From: an uncultured Planctomycetaceae bacterium | GTDB lineage: Bacteria > Planctomycetota > Planctomycetia > Planctomycetales > Planctomycetaceae | Assembly (NCBI GenBank): GCA_963813715.1 | Contig: CAWFAK010000011.1 | Location: forward strand, 1 to 59,152 | Length of the DNA stretch: 59,152 nucleotides | Direction: 5' to 3' | Translations under genes and position numbers: made by a program | Shown: positions 8,952-21,566 of the stretch, one piece after another | Layout: each line of letters opens with the position of its first letter | Position numbering within the stretch: position 1 is the stretch's first letter | Notes under the pieces: generated by a model | Told to the model about the DNA's origin: nothing | What the model saw: only the letters and a program-made list of their open reading frames with translations | Databases searched by the model: none

Positions 8952-11698
8952 ATGAGCGACTTCGTCGATCTGCGACTCGAACCCGGCTTGTGGCTTTTGG
9001 CTGACTGGTCGTTGCGCTGGGGCGTGCTCATTGTCGTTTTGTGGATCGGCCTCGCGCTGCGTCCGCCGCGGCAAGCCGCTTTGCGCCTCGCGGTCTGTCA
9101 GCTCGTATTGGTTGCCGGTCTTGCGCTCCCGTTGATCCCTCGATGGTGGGGGCACGAGCTGATGCCGGCTCGCGCGGTCGCGATCGTGGATGCCGTTCGA
9201 TTTGAGCAGCCCATGTCCGTTGCGCGCGATCCAGCACTTCGTCCCTCAATCGCTGAGCTGAAGCCGGTGACGGGGACCGGACCATCCCGATCGACCGCAC
9301 TCGCAAAGCACGGCATACCGGAAACTGCGGAACCAGAATCGATCTTGACCACTCCGGCGACACGCCCAGAGCCGCTGGGAGCTTTTCGGATTGTCCTCCT
9401 GTGCACAGCAGGTCTGTGGCTTGCCGGTCTGTGCGTCCAATTGACCCGATTGATCTCGGGCGTGTTTTGCTTGTCGCGTCTGCCGCGCGCGCCCGTCCCC
9501 CAAGCGTCAAATCAAAGGAATTGTTCGATCGTTGCCGCGAGGAAATGGGCTTGCGACGAGCGGTGCAACTGGGCATTCACCCGACGCTGGGTGCACCGGT
9601 CTTTGTCGGCGGATGGCGTTCTTGGATCCTCGTGCCGATCGATTGGGAGCAGCTCGGCCCCGAGGGACAGCGAGCCGTGCTGTGGCACGAATTGACCCAT
9701 GTCGCCCGAGGTGACGACTTATTGAAAATCGCAGAAGAAGTCGTCCGCGCATTCTTCTTTTTCCATCCATTGGTCTATTGGCTGCTCAATCGCATCGACG
9801 CCTACCGCGAACAAGTCTGCGACTCGGCAGCCGTCCGCCGCGGTGTCGCCGGCCGGATGCTGGCGCAGGTCCTGGTCGATTTCAGTCGTCGAAGGGCGGA
9901 GCCTAGCGACCGCTCCGTGGCGCTGCGTCCCGCGTTGCCGTTCTTCCGCCGCCGTACGGTGAAGAATCGAATTCGCGAGCTTCTCAAGGAAGCAACTTTA
10001 GCGCGCTGGTCTGCTCCTCTGGTGCGCCGTCAATTCGTCGGCCTTCTGGTAATCGCCATCTCGACAGGGATCGCCCTCGGCGGCTTCGGCCTCTCCGCAG
10101 CGGGTTCGCCGGCTGAATCGCCGCCAGTAACCGAGTCAGCGCCCAAGTCTCCGCCGCCGGCCGCGCCAGCCGGCGCTTCCGAAAGAGCGGCCGCGATGTC
10201 GAAAGCTGCGGCGGTTCCGAAAACGCTCGATCGGATTCTCGCCAACTGGAAAGCCCGCCAGGCGCGCACGCGGTCGCTCTATGCGTCCTGGGAAAGCCGT
10301 GTGTTCTTTGGACAGGAGGCAGAGGCCCGCGCCAGCGGAAAGACATCTTCAAAACAAGCGGAATCGAGTTTCTGCCGAGTCAGGTATTGGGCCAAGTGGC
10401 TCGATGGGCAGCGATCCGACGCTGCGCCTAGCCCCGCTCCGGAGCCGGGATCCACAGCACCCGGCGTTGCGACGCCCTCCGCGGTGCATCGATTGGCCGA
10501 GTGCCGTGTCGAAGACCCAGGTGGTGCGGCCGGTTCACCGCTCTGTACGGCGTGGCTGATTCATGTCAGAGGGAGACGCAGGCCTATTGGAAGATCAACC
10601 CCTTGGCGCTGGCCTTTCATCCGCTGGACGTTTTGTTCTTGAATGCTCCCTCGCCACAGTTCCGCGTGGTCACCGAGGATGCACGCATTAACGGTTTGCA
10701 CTGTACCGAGATTGAGAATGCCCGCGGTCCTTCGGTCGAGAAATGCTGGGTCGATCCCGCGCGACGACGATCTAATCGTCGCGTACGAGCTGCGGTTGGC
10801 GAGACGAAATGTCAAGATTTCGTTTCAGTATCAGCGGGATGGAGTTCACGGATGGGTTCCGGCTTTTTGGAGCGTTGGGAACGGAATTTCACTGAAAACA
10901 CGGTGACCAAATACGCGATTAACGAGCGATTCCCGGAACAGACATTCAGCCTGAAAGTTTCTCCCGCCACGCTCGTTTTTGACAGCGGACTGCCGAGCGA
11001 TATCGCGTCGCAGCCGACGGCGGGAAGTCCAAGGTCGTTCAAATCGATTCGCTGGAGAGTCTGCAAATTCAGAGGTTCTTGCAGACCACATCCGACTTCT
11101 CGATCGAGCGGCAAGCCCCTGAAGGACGCAATCGACTTCATCGCGGCGCGGTATCAGATCCCGATCGTCGTTTACAAAGCGGACTTCGAGGCTGTCGGCT
11201 GTCCTGACACGTGGCTGGTCGGCCCAATTCCTCCGGGGATGAAGGTCGCCGAACTTCTCAAGGACACTCTTCGCCAAGTGCCCCAAACCCGTCGGGTTCC
11301 GGATTGAAGACGAAGTCCTCAAGATGTCGCCCAGGTTCACCGAGCAGGGAGCGCTCCAAATCCGGCCGGCTCCCGTTCTTCCCGCGAACGCGTCCGCCAA
11401 AGAGCGCAAAATTCAAGCAGCTTTGGAGATGCCGGTCGACTTCAACATCGAGCCGCAGTCGCTCAAGGATGCACTCGAATTCATTGGGGCGAGGTATCAC
11501 ATCAGGATTGAGAGCGACCCGCTGATGGACTCGCTCATCGAGGTCAAAGGTAATTTCCCCGGGATCAAGCTCAGAAGCCTGCTCTCAATTCTGTTGGAAC
11601 AATGCCCGGGGCAGCCGCTCGGATTCAAGATCGAACGCGACGCGCTCAAGATCGCTCCCGTAACCGACAAACCAGAGCCGGGCGCTGCGCGGCCGTAG
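8952..11698 (+). CDS. Second BlaR1-like M56 metallopeptidase, tandem paralog with the same architecture (several apparent frameshifts)
   Basis: GGAGG RBS; MSDFVDLRLEPGLWLLADWSLRWG nearly identical to the 6079 gene; AVLWHELTHVARGD; same GAARP C-terminus; pieces in ORFs 8799, 9401, 10501, 10643 and 11324. Confidence 0.85.
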
Positions 11699-11914
11699 GA
11701 GTGCGCCTACTGATGAACTATTACGAGATCGGGCCCCGTGAGGGACGCTCACGGGGCTCGACCTTTGTAAGGGTGCATCGATCGGCGAATGGCATTGCAG
11801 CCTTCGCGTCGGCCGCTGCCGAAATGGTGCTAGTTCGCCCGCGCCGCGAGTGCTAGGCTAGTGGACGCGTTTTCAGGCGCACAGGTGCGGGCCTCGCCAG
11901 GTGGGATCGCGTTC

Positions 11915-13483
11915 ATGGCCTTTGACCCGACGGTCGAAGAATTTCTCAATCGTCTGCGACGCAGCGGCCTTCTCGACGAGAAGCAGGTCGCCGCGGTCGT
12001 CGACGGTTTGGCCAAGGCCGGCGCCGACCTGGGCGATCCGAAAAAAGTCGCCGCCGCCCTCGTTCAGAACGAAACGCTGACGAAGTGGCAGGCGGAGAAC
12101 CTGCTGCGGGGCAAGCGGCGGGGCTTTGTGCTGGGGAAGTATCGCCTGCTGGGGCTCTTGGGGCGGGGCAACAGTTCCGTCTACGAGGCCGAGCACTCGC
12201 TGATGCGGCGACGCTGCGCGATTAAGATTCTGCCCGCCAAGAATTCGAGCAGTTCGGCGGCCGCGCTCGCCCGCTTCCAGCAGGAGGCCAAGGCGGTGGC
12301 CACGCTCGATCACTCGAACATCGTGCGGGCCTACGACCTGGGGCAGGACAAGGACGGCAAGACCATCATTCATTATTTTGCGATGGAGCTGGTCGACGGC
12401 GAGAGCTTCGAGGAGCGCGTGGCTCGCAAGGGGCCGTTGTCGGCCGTCGCTGCGGCCCACCTGATTCAGCAGGCGGCCGACGGGCTGGCCCACGCACACG
12501 CCGCGAGCATCATTCATCGCGACGTCAAGCCGGCCAACTTGCTCATTGACGGGCAGGGGGTCGTGAAAATTCTCGACCTGGGCCTGGCGAAGATGTCGGA
12601 CATTCTCGCGGCGGACGAATCGCCCGTGATGGGGACGGCCGACTTTCTGGCCCCGAACAGGCGCTCGACGCCAAGCATGCCGATGCGCGGTCCGACGTCT
12701 ACAGCCTGGGCTGCACCTTTTATTACATCCTGTGCGGCGAGGCCCCATTTCAAGGCGGCACGCTCTCCGAACGGTTGGTCCGCCATTTGTTCGAGGAGCC
12801 CGTGGCTCTGGCCGTCCGGCGGCCCGATTTGCCCGAAAGCCTGACTTCGCTCGTCCACCGGATGCTGGCTAAGAATCCCGACGAACGCATCCAGACGTGC
12901 GCGGATGTTTGTAGCCAATTGCGCCAATGGCTGCTGGAAAATGCGGACCGCGCCTGGCTCCGCGCCAATCCGGCGCTACTCGGCGGACGCGGCAGCGCGC
13001 CGAGCGAAACGCGCGACGCGGCTCGGACGAAGTCCGCGCCGGTGTTATCGACCCTCGCGACAGCTCCGGGATCGACACCTGTCCCCCCGACGTCGGCTGC
13101 TGCGCCAGGGGCTCCCCCGCCGCCGCCAACGGCTCGGCCCGCGGCCGCGCGTCCCGTGTCGAGTTCAACCGTCGCCAGCCCGCCCAATGCCGGCAGTTCC
13201 AGTTGCCGCTGTTCCGCCGTCGGCCCCCGCGCCCTCGATCGCCGCTCCGCCATCGGCTCCGACTGTGAAGCCGGCGCCGATCGACCTCGTCCCGGTGATG
13301 GAGCAGGGCACGGCGGACCACTTCCTCGCGGCGGAAGAGTTCCACGTGCCGATCTCTCCCGTCACCCGCTCGATGATGAAAGACCGCGCCGATCGCGGCT
13401 CTCTCAAATCGTGGCTCTCGCGCGCGTCGAAGAAACTCCGCCGCGAGTCAGACGCCGGCGGCGCGGGCGATTCCGAGCGGTGA
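11915..13483 (+). CDS. Hanks-type Ser/Thr protein kinase with Pro/Ala-rich tail (frameshifted near 12655 and 13195)
   Basis: AIKIL, HRDVKPANLL, VKILDLGLA, MGTADFLAP; Planctomycete-type N-terminus (LTKWQAENLLRG). Confidence 0.9.
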
Positions 13484-13605
13484 GGAAGTTGCCAGAACGG
13501 CCCGCTCGCACGGATGCGAACACCGGTGCATTTCGCTAAGGTTGAGGGACGGCAGTCCTTGCCGCGCCCCGTTTGCCCGCCTGTTCACTCCCTTGCAGGT
13601 TTTTC

Positions 13606-16600
13606 ATGCGATTCACCGCGCTGTCGACCGCTGCCCTTGTTGCCGCACTGACCCTTCCACCCCTCGCCGCCGCTGCTCCGCCGTTTGAGCTGCACAAGGG
13701 GGATCACATCTGCATTATCGGCAATGCGCTGGCCGAGCGGATGCAGCATTCCAGCTGGCTCGAGACGCTGATTTACGCCCGCTATCCGCAGCACAACCTG
13801 GTGTTTCGCAATCTGGGTTACGGCGGCGACGAGGTGAACGGCTACCGCGACCTCCACAGCCGCATGCGGTCGATGGATTTCGGCTCGCAGGACCAGTGGC
13901 TGGCCGGCGAAGCGCCGATTCCGCAGCCGAAAAAACTCAATCCCGACGCACCCGTCCGCCAGAATCGTTTCGAATTCACCAACACGCACGCCGACGTCAT
14001 TTTCGTCTTCTACGGCTACAACGAATCGTTTGCCGGGCCGGCGGGCGTCGAGAAGTTCAAACACGATCTGGCGCGGTTCATCAAGCACACCCGCGCACAG
14101 CGCTACAACGGCAAGACGCCGCCGCGGATCGTTCTGTTCTCGCCCATCGCGCATGAAAACCTGGGCGATCCGAATCTGCCCGACGGCGCGCAGGACAATG
14201 TCCGCCTCAAGCTGTACACGGCGGCGATGGCGGACGTGGCGAACGCGGAGGGCGTGTCCTTCGTCGATCTCTTCACGCCGACGCTGCCGCGCTTCACCTC
14301 TTCAAACGGCCCCAAGCTGACGATGAACGGCATCCATCTCAATGACGAGGGGGACCACTTTGTGGCGGGCGCGGCCTATCAAGGACTGTTCGGCGAAGCG
14401 CCGACGTTCGATCCCGTGCGGCTGTCGAGCCTGCGGACGGCGATCAATCAGAAGAACGAGTACTGGTTCCTTCGCTATCGCACGCCCTGACGGCTATTCG
14501 ACCTACGGCGACCGCGCGTTTCTGCGGTTTGTCGACGGGCAGACCAATTACGAAGTCTTGCGCGCGAGCTGGAGATGATCGACCTGCTGACCTCCAACCG
14601 CGACAAGGTGGTTTGGGAGGCCGCGCAAGGCCGCGCCGTCAAAGCCGACGATTCCAATCTGCCCGACTTCATCCCCGTGTCACCAACAAGCCCGGTCCGC
14701 TGCCGGGGGGCAAGCACGTCTTTCTCAGCGGCGAAGAAGAAATCAAGAAGATGACCGTGCACAAGGGGATGCAGGTCAACCTCTTCGCCTCCGAGGAGCA
14801 ATTCCCCGAGCTGACCAATCCCGTGCAGATGGCCTTCGACACGCGGGGCCGCTTGTGGGTCTCGGGCTGGCACAGTTATCCGCACTGGAAGCCGAAAGAC
14901 GCGATCGACGACAAGCTGTTGATTCTCGAAGACACCGACGGCGACGGCCGGGCCGACAAGTGCACCGTGTTTGCCGGCGATCTGCGAAATCCGACCGGCT
15001 TCGAGTTCTGGGGGGGCGGCGTGTTCGTCGCGCAGGGGCCCGACATCCTGTTCCTCAAAGACACCAACGGCGACGATCATTACGACATCAAGGAGCGCGT
15101 GCTGCACGGCCTCGACACGGCCGACACGCACCACACGGCCAACAGCTTCACGCTCGATCCGGGCGGCGCGCTCTACTTTCAGGAGGGGACGTTCCATCAC
15201 ACGCAGGTCGAAACGCCGTGGGGGGCGCCCCGCCGCTGCGCCAACGCGGGCGTGTATCGCTACGAGCCGCGGACCCGCAAGTTCGACGTCTACGTCACCT
15301 ATCCGTTCGCCAATCCGCACGGGCACGTCTTCGACGCCTGGGGGCAGGACATCGTCGTCGACGGGACGGGCGCCGTTCCCTATCACGGACCGCTGATCTC
15401 CAGCCGGCTCGATTTCCCGCAAAAGCATCCGTCGGCCCCGCAGGTCTACCAGCAGCGGACGCGTCCCTGCCCGGGGATCGAGATCCTCACCAGCCGGCAC
15501 TTTCCGCCCGAGCTGCAACGGAAATTTGCTGGTCCCCAACGTGATCGGCTTTCAGGGCATCTTGCAGTATCAGCTCTTGGACAAGGACTCGAGCCTGGGC
15601 GCTCGCGAAGTCGAGCCGATCCTCAAATCGAGCGACGAAAACTTTCGCCCGGCCGACGTCGAGATCGGTCCCGACGGGGCCATCTACTTCACCGACTGGC
15701 ACAACCCGATCATCGGCCATATGCAGCACAACTTGCGGGACCCCAGTCGCGACCGCACCCATGGCCGCGTCTATCGGGTGACCTGGCCCGGACGTCCGCT
15801 GGAGAAGCCGGCCGCCATCGCCGGCCAGCCGATCCCCGCGCTGCTGGACCTCTTGAAGAACCCGGACAACCGCGTCCGTTATCGCGCGCGGATCGAGCTG
15901 TCGGCCCGGCCGACGGACGAAGTGATCGCCGCCGCACGACAGTGGCTGGCCGGGCTGTCCCAGACGCCGAACGATCCGGAACGCCCGCACCACGAGCTCG
16001 AGGCGCTGTGGCTCTTCCAGAGCGAAAACGTCGTCGAGCCCGCGCTCCTGGCCCGCGTGTTACGCTCGCCGGCCGACAAAGCCCGCGCCGCCGCCGTCCG
16101 CGTCGCGGCCGCCTGGCAGGACCGTTTGCCGAACGTCGTCGAACTGCTGCGACAGGCCGCCGAAGACAAGTCGCCCCTGGTGCGGCTGATGGCCGTGTGG
16201 GCGGCCAGCTTTGTGCCGCGACCTGAAGCAGCCGAAGTCGTGCTGCTGGCGGAAGAGCAGCCGACCGATCGCGATCTCGATTACCTGACGAAAGAAACGA
16301 TGCGCACGCTGGCGCCGCTCGTCAGCTCGGCGCAGGCGTCCCACCAGCCGATCGACTTCAAGACGCAGGCCGGAGCCCGCTATTTACTTCGGGAGCTGTC
16401 GAACGAGCAACTGCTCAAGAGTCCGCACGAGCGGCTCGTGCTGTTGGAAATCCTCACGCGGCCCGGCATGACCGACGCCCAGCGGCACGAGGCGGTCGCC
16501 GGCCTGGCTCAACTCGACAACTCGGACGAAACGCACGTGCTGGCCGAGGCGATCGACCGAATGGCCGCGCACCCGGATCGCGCCGACGTCAGCGTTGCGC

Positions 16601-18289
16601 TCGACCTCGTCCGCGAGTTGGGCGCCCACTCCAAGATGGCTGCGGCTATGGCCGACCCGCTCGATCGCCTTGTGGAAAAATCGAACTGGCCGCTGCTGCG
16701 GCAAATTGCCTTCGCGACGCTCGTCAATCGGGACGGCTCGGCCGAGGCGGCCTGGTCGCGGGCCGTCACCAGTTCGCGGAACCTGGAAGATTTTCTCAAC
16801 GCGGTGCCGCTCATCTCCGATCCGGCCGTGCGTTCGCATCTTTACGAGCGGATCAAGCCGCTGTTGGCCGGGTTGCCGAAATCGCTGGGGGGCACGCCGG
16901 CTCCTCCGTCGGAGACGGGCGATCCGCGGGCCGACGCGGCCTTTCAGGTGCGGCGAGCGGCCCTCAAGGCGCTGACGCACATTCGTGGGCAGGAAGCGCA
17001 AACGTTCGCGCTCTTGGCGCATTTCATCCGCGACGACATCGACCGCATGACGGCCGTCCGCGCGATGCAGACCATTCCCCGCAACCTCTGGCCGGCGGCC
17101 GAGGCCGAGCCCGTCGCCACCGTGCTGCTGCAGCGGCTGCGAAAAGCGTCAGCCCGGCAGCGGACGCGGCCCGACGCGCTCGACGAATTCGAGCTGTGCG
17201 AGGCCCTGTCGACGCTCTTGCCGCCGGCCGAGGCCAAGTCGCTGCGGACTCAGTTGCGCGAGCTGGGCGTGCGGGTGGTGAAGATCGGCACGCTCTTGGA
17301 GCGGATGTCTTACGATCAGGACGTCGTTGCCGTGCAGGCGGGCAAGCCGGTCGAGTTCGTGCTGCAAAACAGCGACATGATGCCGCACAACTTCGTGATC
17401 GCCGAGCCCGGCTCGCTCGAGGAAATTGGCCTGTTGTCGGAGGCCCACGCCCAGGAGGCAAGCTTCGCCGCCCGGCATTACGTCCCGCAATCGTCCAAGA
17501 TTCTGGCGGCGGCCGGACTGATGCTGCCGCGCGAATCGCAGCGGCTGAGCTTTAATGCTCCGAGCACGCCCGGCGTTTACCCGTTCGTCTGCACTTACCC
17601 GGGGCACTGGCGGCGGATGTACGGCGCGCTCTACGTGGTTGACGACCTGGACGCTTACCTGGCCAGTCCGGAAGCCTACGTCGCGAAGGCGAAGCTCGAA
17701 CCGCGCGATCCGCTTTTGCGGGACCGCCGTCCGCGGACCGAATGGACGCTGGCCGACCTGGCTGCTCCGATCGCCGAAATGACCCGCAGCGGCGGCCGCA
17801 AATTCGCCACCGGCCGGCAGCTCTTCACGCTGGCCAACTGCGTCGCCTGTCATCGCCTGGAAAATAAAGGGAACGTGTTCGGGCCCGATCTCACCAAGCT
17901 CGATCCGAAATGGAAACTGGCCGACGTCCTCAACGAAATCCTCGTCCCCTCCGCCCGCATCAACGAGAAGTTTCAGACCAACATCTTCGAACTGTCTTCC
18001 GGCAAGACGATCACCGGCCTCGTGCTCCAGGAGAACGCCGACACGATCAAGGTCATCGAGAATCCGCTGGCCAACCCGCAGCCGACGATCCTCCGCCGTA
18101 GCGACGTCGCTGGAGCGGACCCGCTCGAAGACGTCGCTGATGCCCAAGGGACTGCTGGACAAGCTGACGCGCGACGAGATTCTGGATCTGGTGGCCTACG
18201 TGGCGTCGGGTGCCAATCCGCAACATCCGCTCTTCAAGGCGAACGCCGAGGAACACATGCACGGCCACGCACACGCGGCCGCCGACTAG
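13606..18289 (+). CDS. Large PVC-type protein: SGNH/GDSL domain, membrane-bound dehydrogenase-like propeller, HEAT-like region, cupredoxin and heme c domain (several apparent frameshifts)
   Basis: Signal peptide; IIGNALAERMQH and MNGIHLN (SGNH); FASEEQFPELTNPVQMAFDTRGRLWV; MPHNFVI...CTYPGHWRRM (type 1 copper site); CVACH; final frame reads SLMPKGLLDKL...HMHGHAHAAAD with stop at 18289. Confidence 0.88.
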
Positions 18290-18319
18290 CGGTCCGTCCA
18301 GCGAAGAACAGTGGGTTCG

Positions 18320-18408
18320 GGGTGGCACTGGCGGCTCGCCCGCCAGTGTCTTGGCCTTCTAGCTCGATCGAAAAAGAAACACTGGCGGACGAGCCGCCAG
18401 TGCCACCC
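18320..18408. repeat. Inverted REP doublet (REPIN-like)
   Basis: GGGTGGCACTGGCGGCTCGCCCGCCAGTG ... CACTGGCGGACGAGCCGCCAGTGCCACCC; each arm is itself a hairpin; lies between convergent genes. Confidence 0.85.
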
Positions 18409-18442
18409 GACAATCTCTCGGAGTGCAGGCGAGGAACCGCGC

Positions 18443-18479
18443 AAAAAAACGCCCCTCGCAGTCTCCCGCGAGGGGCGTT
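18443..18479 (-). terminator. Intrinsic terminator of the tad genes
   Basis: Stem AACGCCCCTCGC / GCGAGGGGCGTT with an A7 run on the + strand (U-tract on the - strand), 25 nt past the tadG-like stop. Confidence 0.85.
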
Positions 18480-18504
18480 CCACTTGGCGTCGGGACGGAT
18501 TCCG

Positions 18505-20957
18505 CTAGTTCGGCACGCCCGGTTGGTTGGGCACCAGGATGATCGAGACTTCGTCGTCCATGACCGTGGTGAAGGCCTGCTGCAGCTTGGCCTGCCGCTG
18601 GGCCAAGGTGCCGATGCACCACTTGTAGCCGTTCACCGGGTCGCTCGACGAGCTGGGGAAGACGGTTCCCCCGAGCGTCGAGATGGACTGCATCAGGCTG
18701 ACGGCGTCGGACTGGTCCGATCCGCTGGCATCCGGCTCGAAGATGGCCCCGAACACGATGCACTGGATGGTGACTTTATCCGTGGTCGTCGAGAAACCGG
18801 GAATCGGGTTCGACGAGGTGTTCAGCGAAGTGAGCACCGTGGCGACGTTGATGGCATCGGTATCGGAGTTGGCCCCGCTCACGGAAATCGTCGCCAATGG
18901 GGGCGTGTTGTAGTACGAATTGTACGACCCCAGGTTCGTCGTGCCGACCGTCGACGAGACGTTGGCCATGCCGTCGGTCTCGAGAATGACCAGCTTTTCG
19001 GCGCCCTTGCGACCCCAGCCGCCGATGCCCGCCGCCTGCAGCACGGTGCTGCTGCTGAACTGGTTGTAGGCCAGCATCAGGCCGTAGCTGGTGGCAGTGT
19101 TTGCAGTCGTAGTCGCCGTGGGCGCGGGGCGTTTGCATGCCGTTCGCATCCCAGGGGCGGACGTCGTTGGTGCCGCTGTTGGGCGGATACCAGAGCGCGT
19201 TGATCAGGTTGTTGTAGTTCGCGGTGAGCGAAACCTGCGGCTGGCTGAACTGGCCCATGTTGGCCGGATCGCCCGCGTACTGCGGCCGGCTGAACATGAT
19301 CAACGACACCAGGTCGTTGGGATGGTTGTTTTGAATGTCCTGCAAGGCGCCCTGGATGCCCAGCTTGGCGGCGATCATCGAAATGTCCTGAGCGGTGCCC
19401 GGCAAGAGTCCCGTGTCGAGCATGTACTGAATCATGGTCGCCGGGCCGAACCAGAAGCGATGCCGCGGCCGCTTGGGATTATCGTTGGGTCCGATCCACG
19501 TCTGTCCCGCGTAAAGCGAGTCCGGCCCGGTGATCGTGACGAATTGCCCGCTGGTCGCGCTGCCGGCGGTGAAGTCCGGACCGTAGCTGCAGGACGGGTT
19601 GCCCGGCGTCTGGATGTTGCCGGTCGGGTCATTCCACACGCCGAGGGTGAAGTCGATGTATTCCTTCCAGAACCGCTGATCCTGGTTGGTGATCGCCGTG
19701 TTGAGGTTGGACCAGGTGTAAGCCGAGGCCGGAACGTCGGTGGGAATCGCCGAATAAAAGAGCACGTTGCCGGCCCGCAGTTGCGACGGGAACGGATTCG
19801 GGCCGGTGTTGACGATCCAGTTCAGAATCGCCTTGTAGTTGATGACGTAGTTGCCGGTCGGGTTGTTCCAAGTTGCCGCCCGAGCTCCACAGCATCAGGT
19901 CGTTGTTGCAGGGCGTCGTGCCGTTGCTGAGGAAGAAGAACTTCTTCCGCCAGTCGTTGGCGGCGTTGGGATCGGGAGGCCAGATGAAGAACGTCTTGCC
20001 CCAGTATCCCGGACCTTGCTGGTAGCCGTAGAACGTGCCGCCCTGCTTGGCGGCATAGCCGGTAAAGGCCGTGGTCTGGCTGCCGGTAATCTGCGACCAG
20101 GTCAGCGCCGTGGTGGACGAACTTTTCTTGTTGAGGTACTGGTCACCGGCCGGAGCCGTGACGGTGACGGTCGACGGGGCGGCCGAAAAGGCGGCCACCG
20201 CCGGTTGGCCGCGGTTGTTCTGGAACAGGTTGGTCACCAGGGCCGGAATGCCGTCAACCGCGGCGGTGACGTTGCACAGGCCGACAAGGTTGCTGTTCGC
20301 GGTGCATTGCAGCGTCGCCAGCGGCGAAAACGAGGGGGCGTACGGGCCCCATTGCGGGAAGATCGGGTCGGGATTGTTGGGCGTGCCCAGGTACGAACCG
20401 AGATACGATTCGCAGTTCCACAGGTCGCTCTCGTTGTTCATCGATCCCGAGTAGTCGAGCACCATCGCCACGTCGCGGGGACGGTGGGCGGCGGTCGACG
20501 TGGCGGTGACCGTCATGGTGGGGACGCCGATCACCGCCGCGAATGTCGTGTTGTAGGTGTGGCTGATCGTGACCTGGGTCAGGTTGTAGTTCTCGCCCGT
20601 TCCGGGCGGGAACTCCGGGCTGAATGTCTGAGTCGCGTAGTTGTAGTGATAGCAGCCCTGTTCAACCGTGACCTCGGCGGGATTAATGTTCGTTCCGAGG
20701 ATCGTGTTTCGCGTGGCCTGGGCGATCGCGCTTGCAGTCGAATTTGACACGTAGTTCGTTACGGAGCCGATCAGGCTCCGGGCGCCGCAGACCGCGGCCG
20801 CGTCGGCCGCATCTTTCACCTGGGCACGAGCCACCGCAAGCATGCCCAGATCGATCGACAGCGCCAGAAAGCCGCACAGCCCGATGATCGAAATCGCGGT
20901 CAACGGCACAATCGCGCCTCGGGAACGCTGCTGACGAACCAGACGATGGATTTTCAT
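18505..20957 (-). CDS. TadG-like Flp pilus assembly protein with a vWA-like region (frameshifts near 19865 and 19100)
   Basis: RGAIVPLTAISIIGLCGFLALSIDLG...VKDAADAAA; RPRDVAMVLDYSGSM (MIDAS) and LVILETDG. Confidence 0.85.
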
Positions 20958-20998
20958 GGGCTTGTCCCTTACGAAAAACACCGACGCGGAAGCCGGCA

Positions 20999-21553
20999 TC
21001 AATTGGGAAATTCGCTGTAAATGATGGCTTCCGAGGAAACATTGACCGGAAGCGGAAGCAGGTTGGCGAGCGCCACCATCGGCACGTATTGACCGGTGAT
21101 CTGAACCGCGATCGGCTGCCCGAGGGACGCGCTCGTCCACGGGCCGACATTGGCGCCGGTCGTCGGATTGGCCTGGAAAATCTGGATGTTCATACCCGAC
21201 GGGCCCTGATTCACCAGTTCAGTGGTGACCAGAGCCTGGATCTGCGCCGTGGTGACGGTCCCCTGCCCGGTCGCCGCCAGCCGCGCGCCGTCGCGGGCCG
21301 CGTTGTCCATCAATTGCTTCACCATCACGAAATGGCCGAATTCCATGATCGCGAAGATGAACAGCAGAAAGACGTTCATCACGATCGCCGCCTCGACTGA
21401 CGAAACCCCGCGCCGCATCGAACGCATCCGTGTCGAACGCATCCGTGTCGAACACAGCTGTGTCGAACGGGATGGGGCCGCCCCTCGCTGGGCAACCTGC
21501 CGGGTCGCCTCAGCCTGACGGATTGGTGCAGAGTGAAATCGCGATCGCTTCAT
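20999..21553 (-). CDS. TadE/TadG family pseudopilin
   Basis: RRGVSSVEAAIV...IMEFG...NAARDGAR; GAGG RBS. Confidence 0.9.
   Translation of the reverse strand: MKRSRFHSAPIRQAEATRQVAQRGAAPSRSTQLCSTRMRSTRMRSMRRGVSSVEAAIVMNVFLLFIFAIMEFGHFVMVKQLMDNAARDGARLAATGQGTVTTAQIQALVTTELVNQGPSGMNIQIFQANPTTGANVGPWTSASLGQPIAVQITGQYVPMVALANLLPLPVNVSSEAIIYSEFPN
21418..21468. repeat. 15-bp in-frame tandem repeat (about 3.4 units) in the TadE leader
   Basis: TCGAACGCATCCGTG twice, then TCGAACACAGCTGTG, then TCGAAC. Confidence 0.9.
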
Positions 21554-21566
21554 GTCGGCCTCTTGC

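Noticed and set aside
5621..11698. Beta-lactam resistance locus
   Set aside because: No penicillin-binding sensor domain and no beta-lactamase gene nearby
15526..19203. 1225-aa ORF as a single protein running into tadG
   Set aside because: After about 18110 the frame is shifted; the homologous C-terminus ends at 18289 and the rest reads through a REP and a terminator
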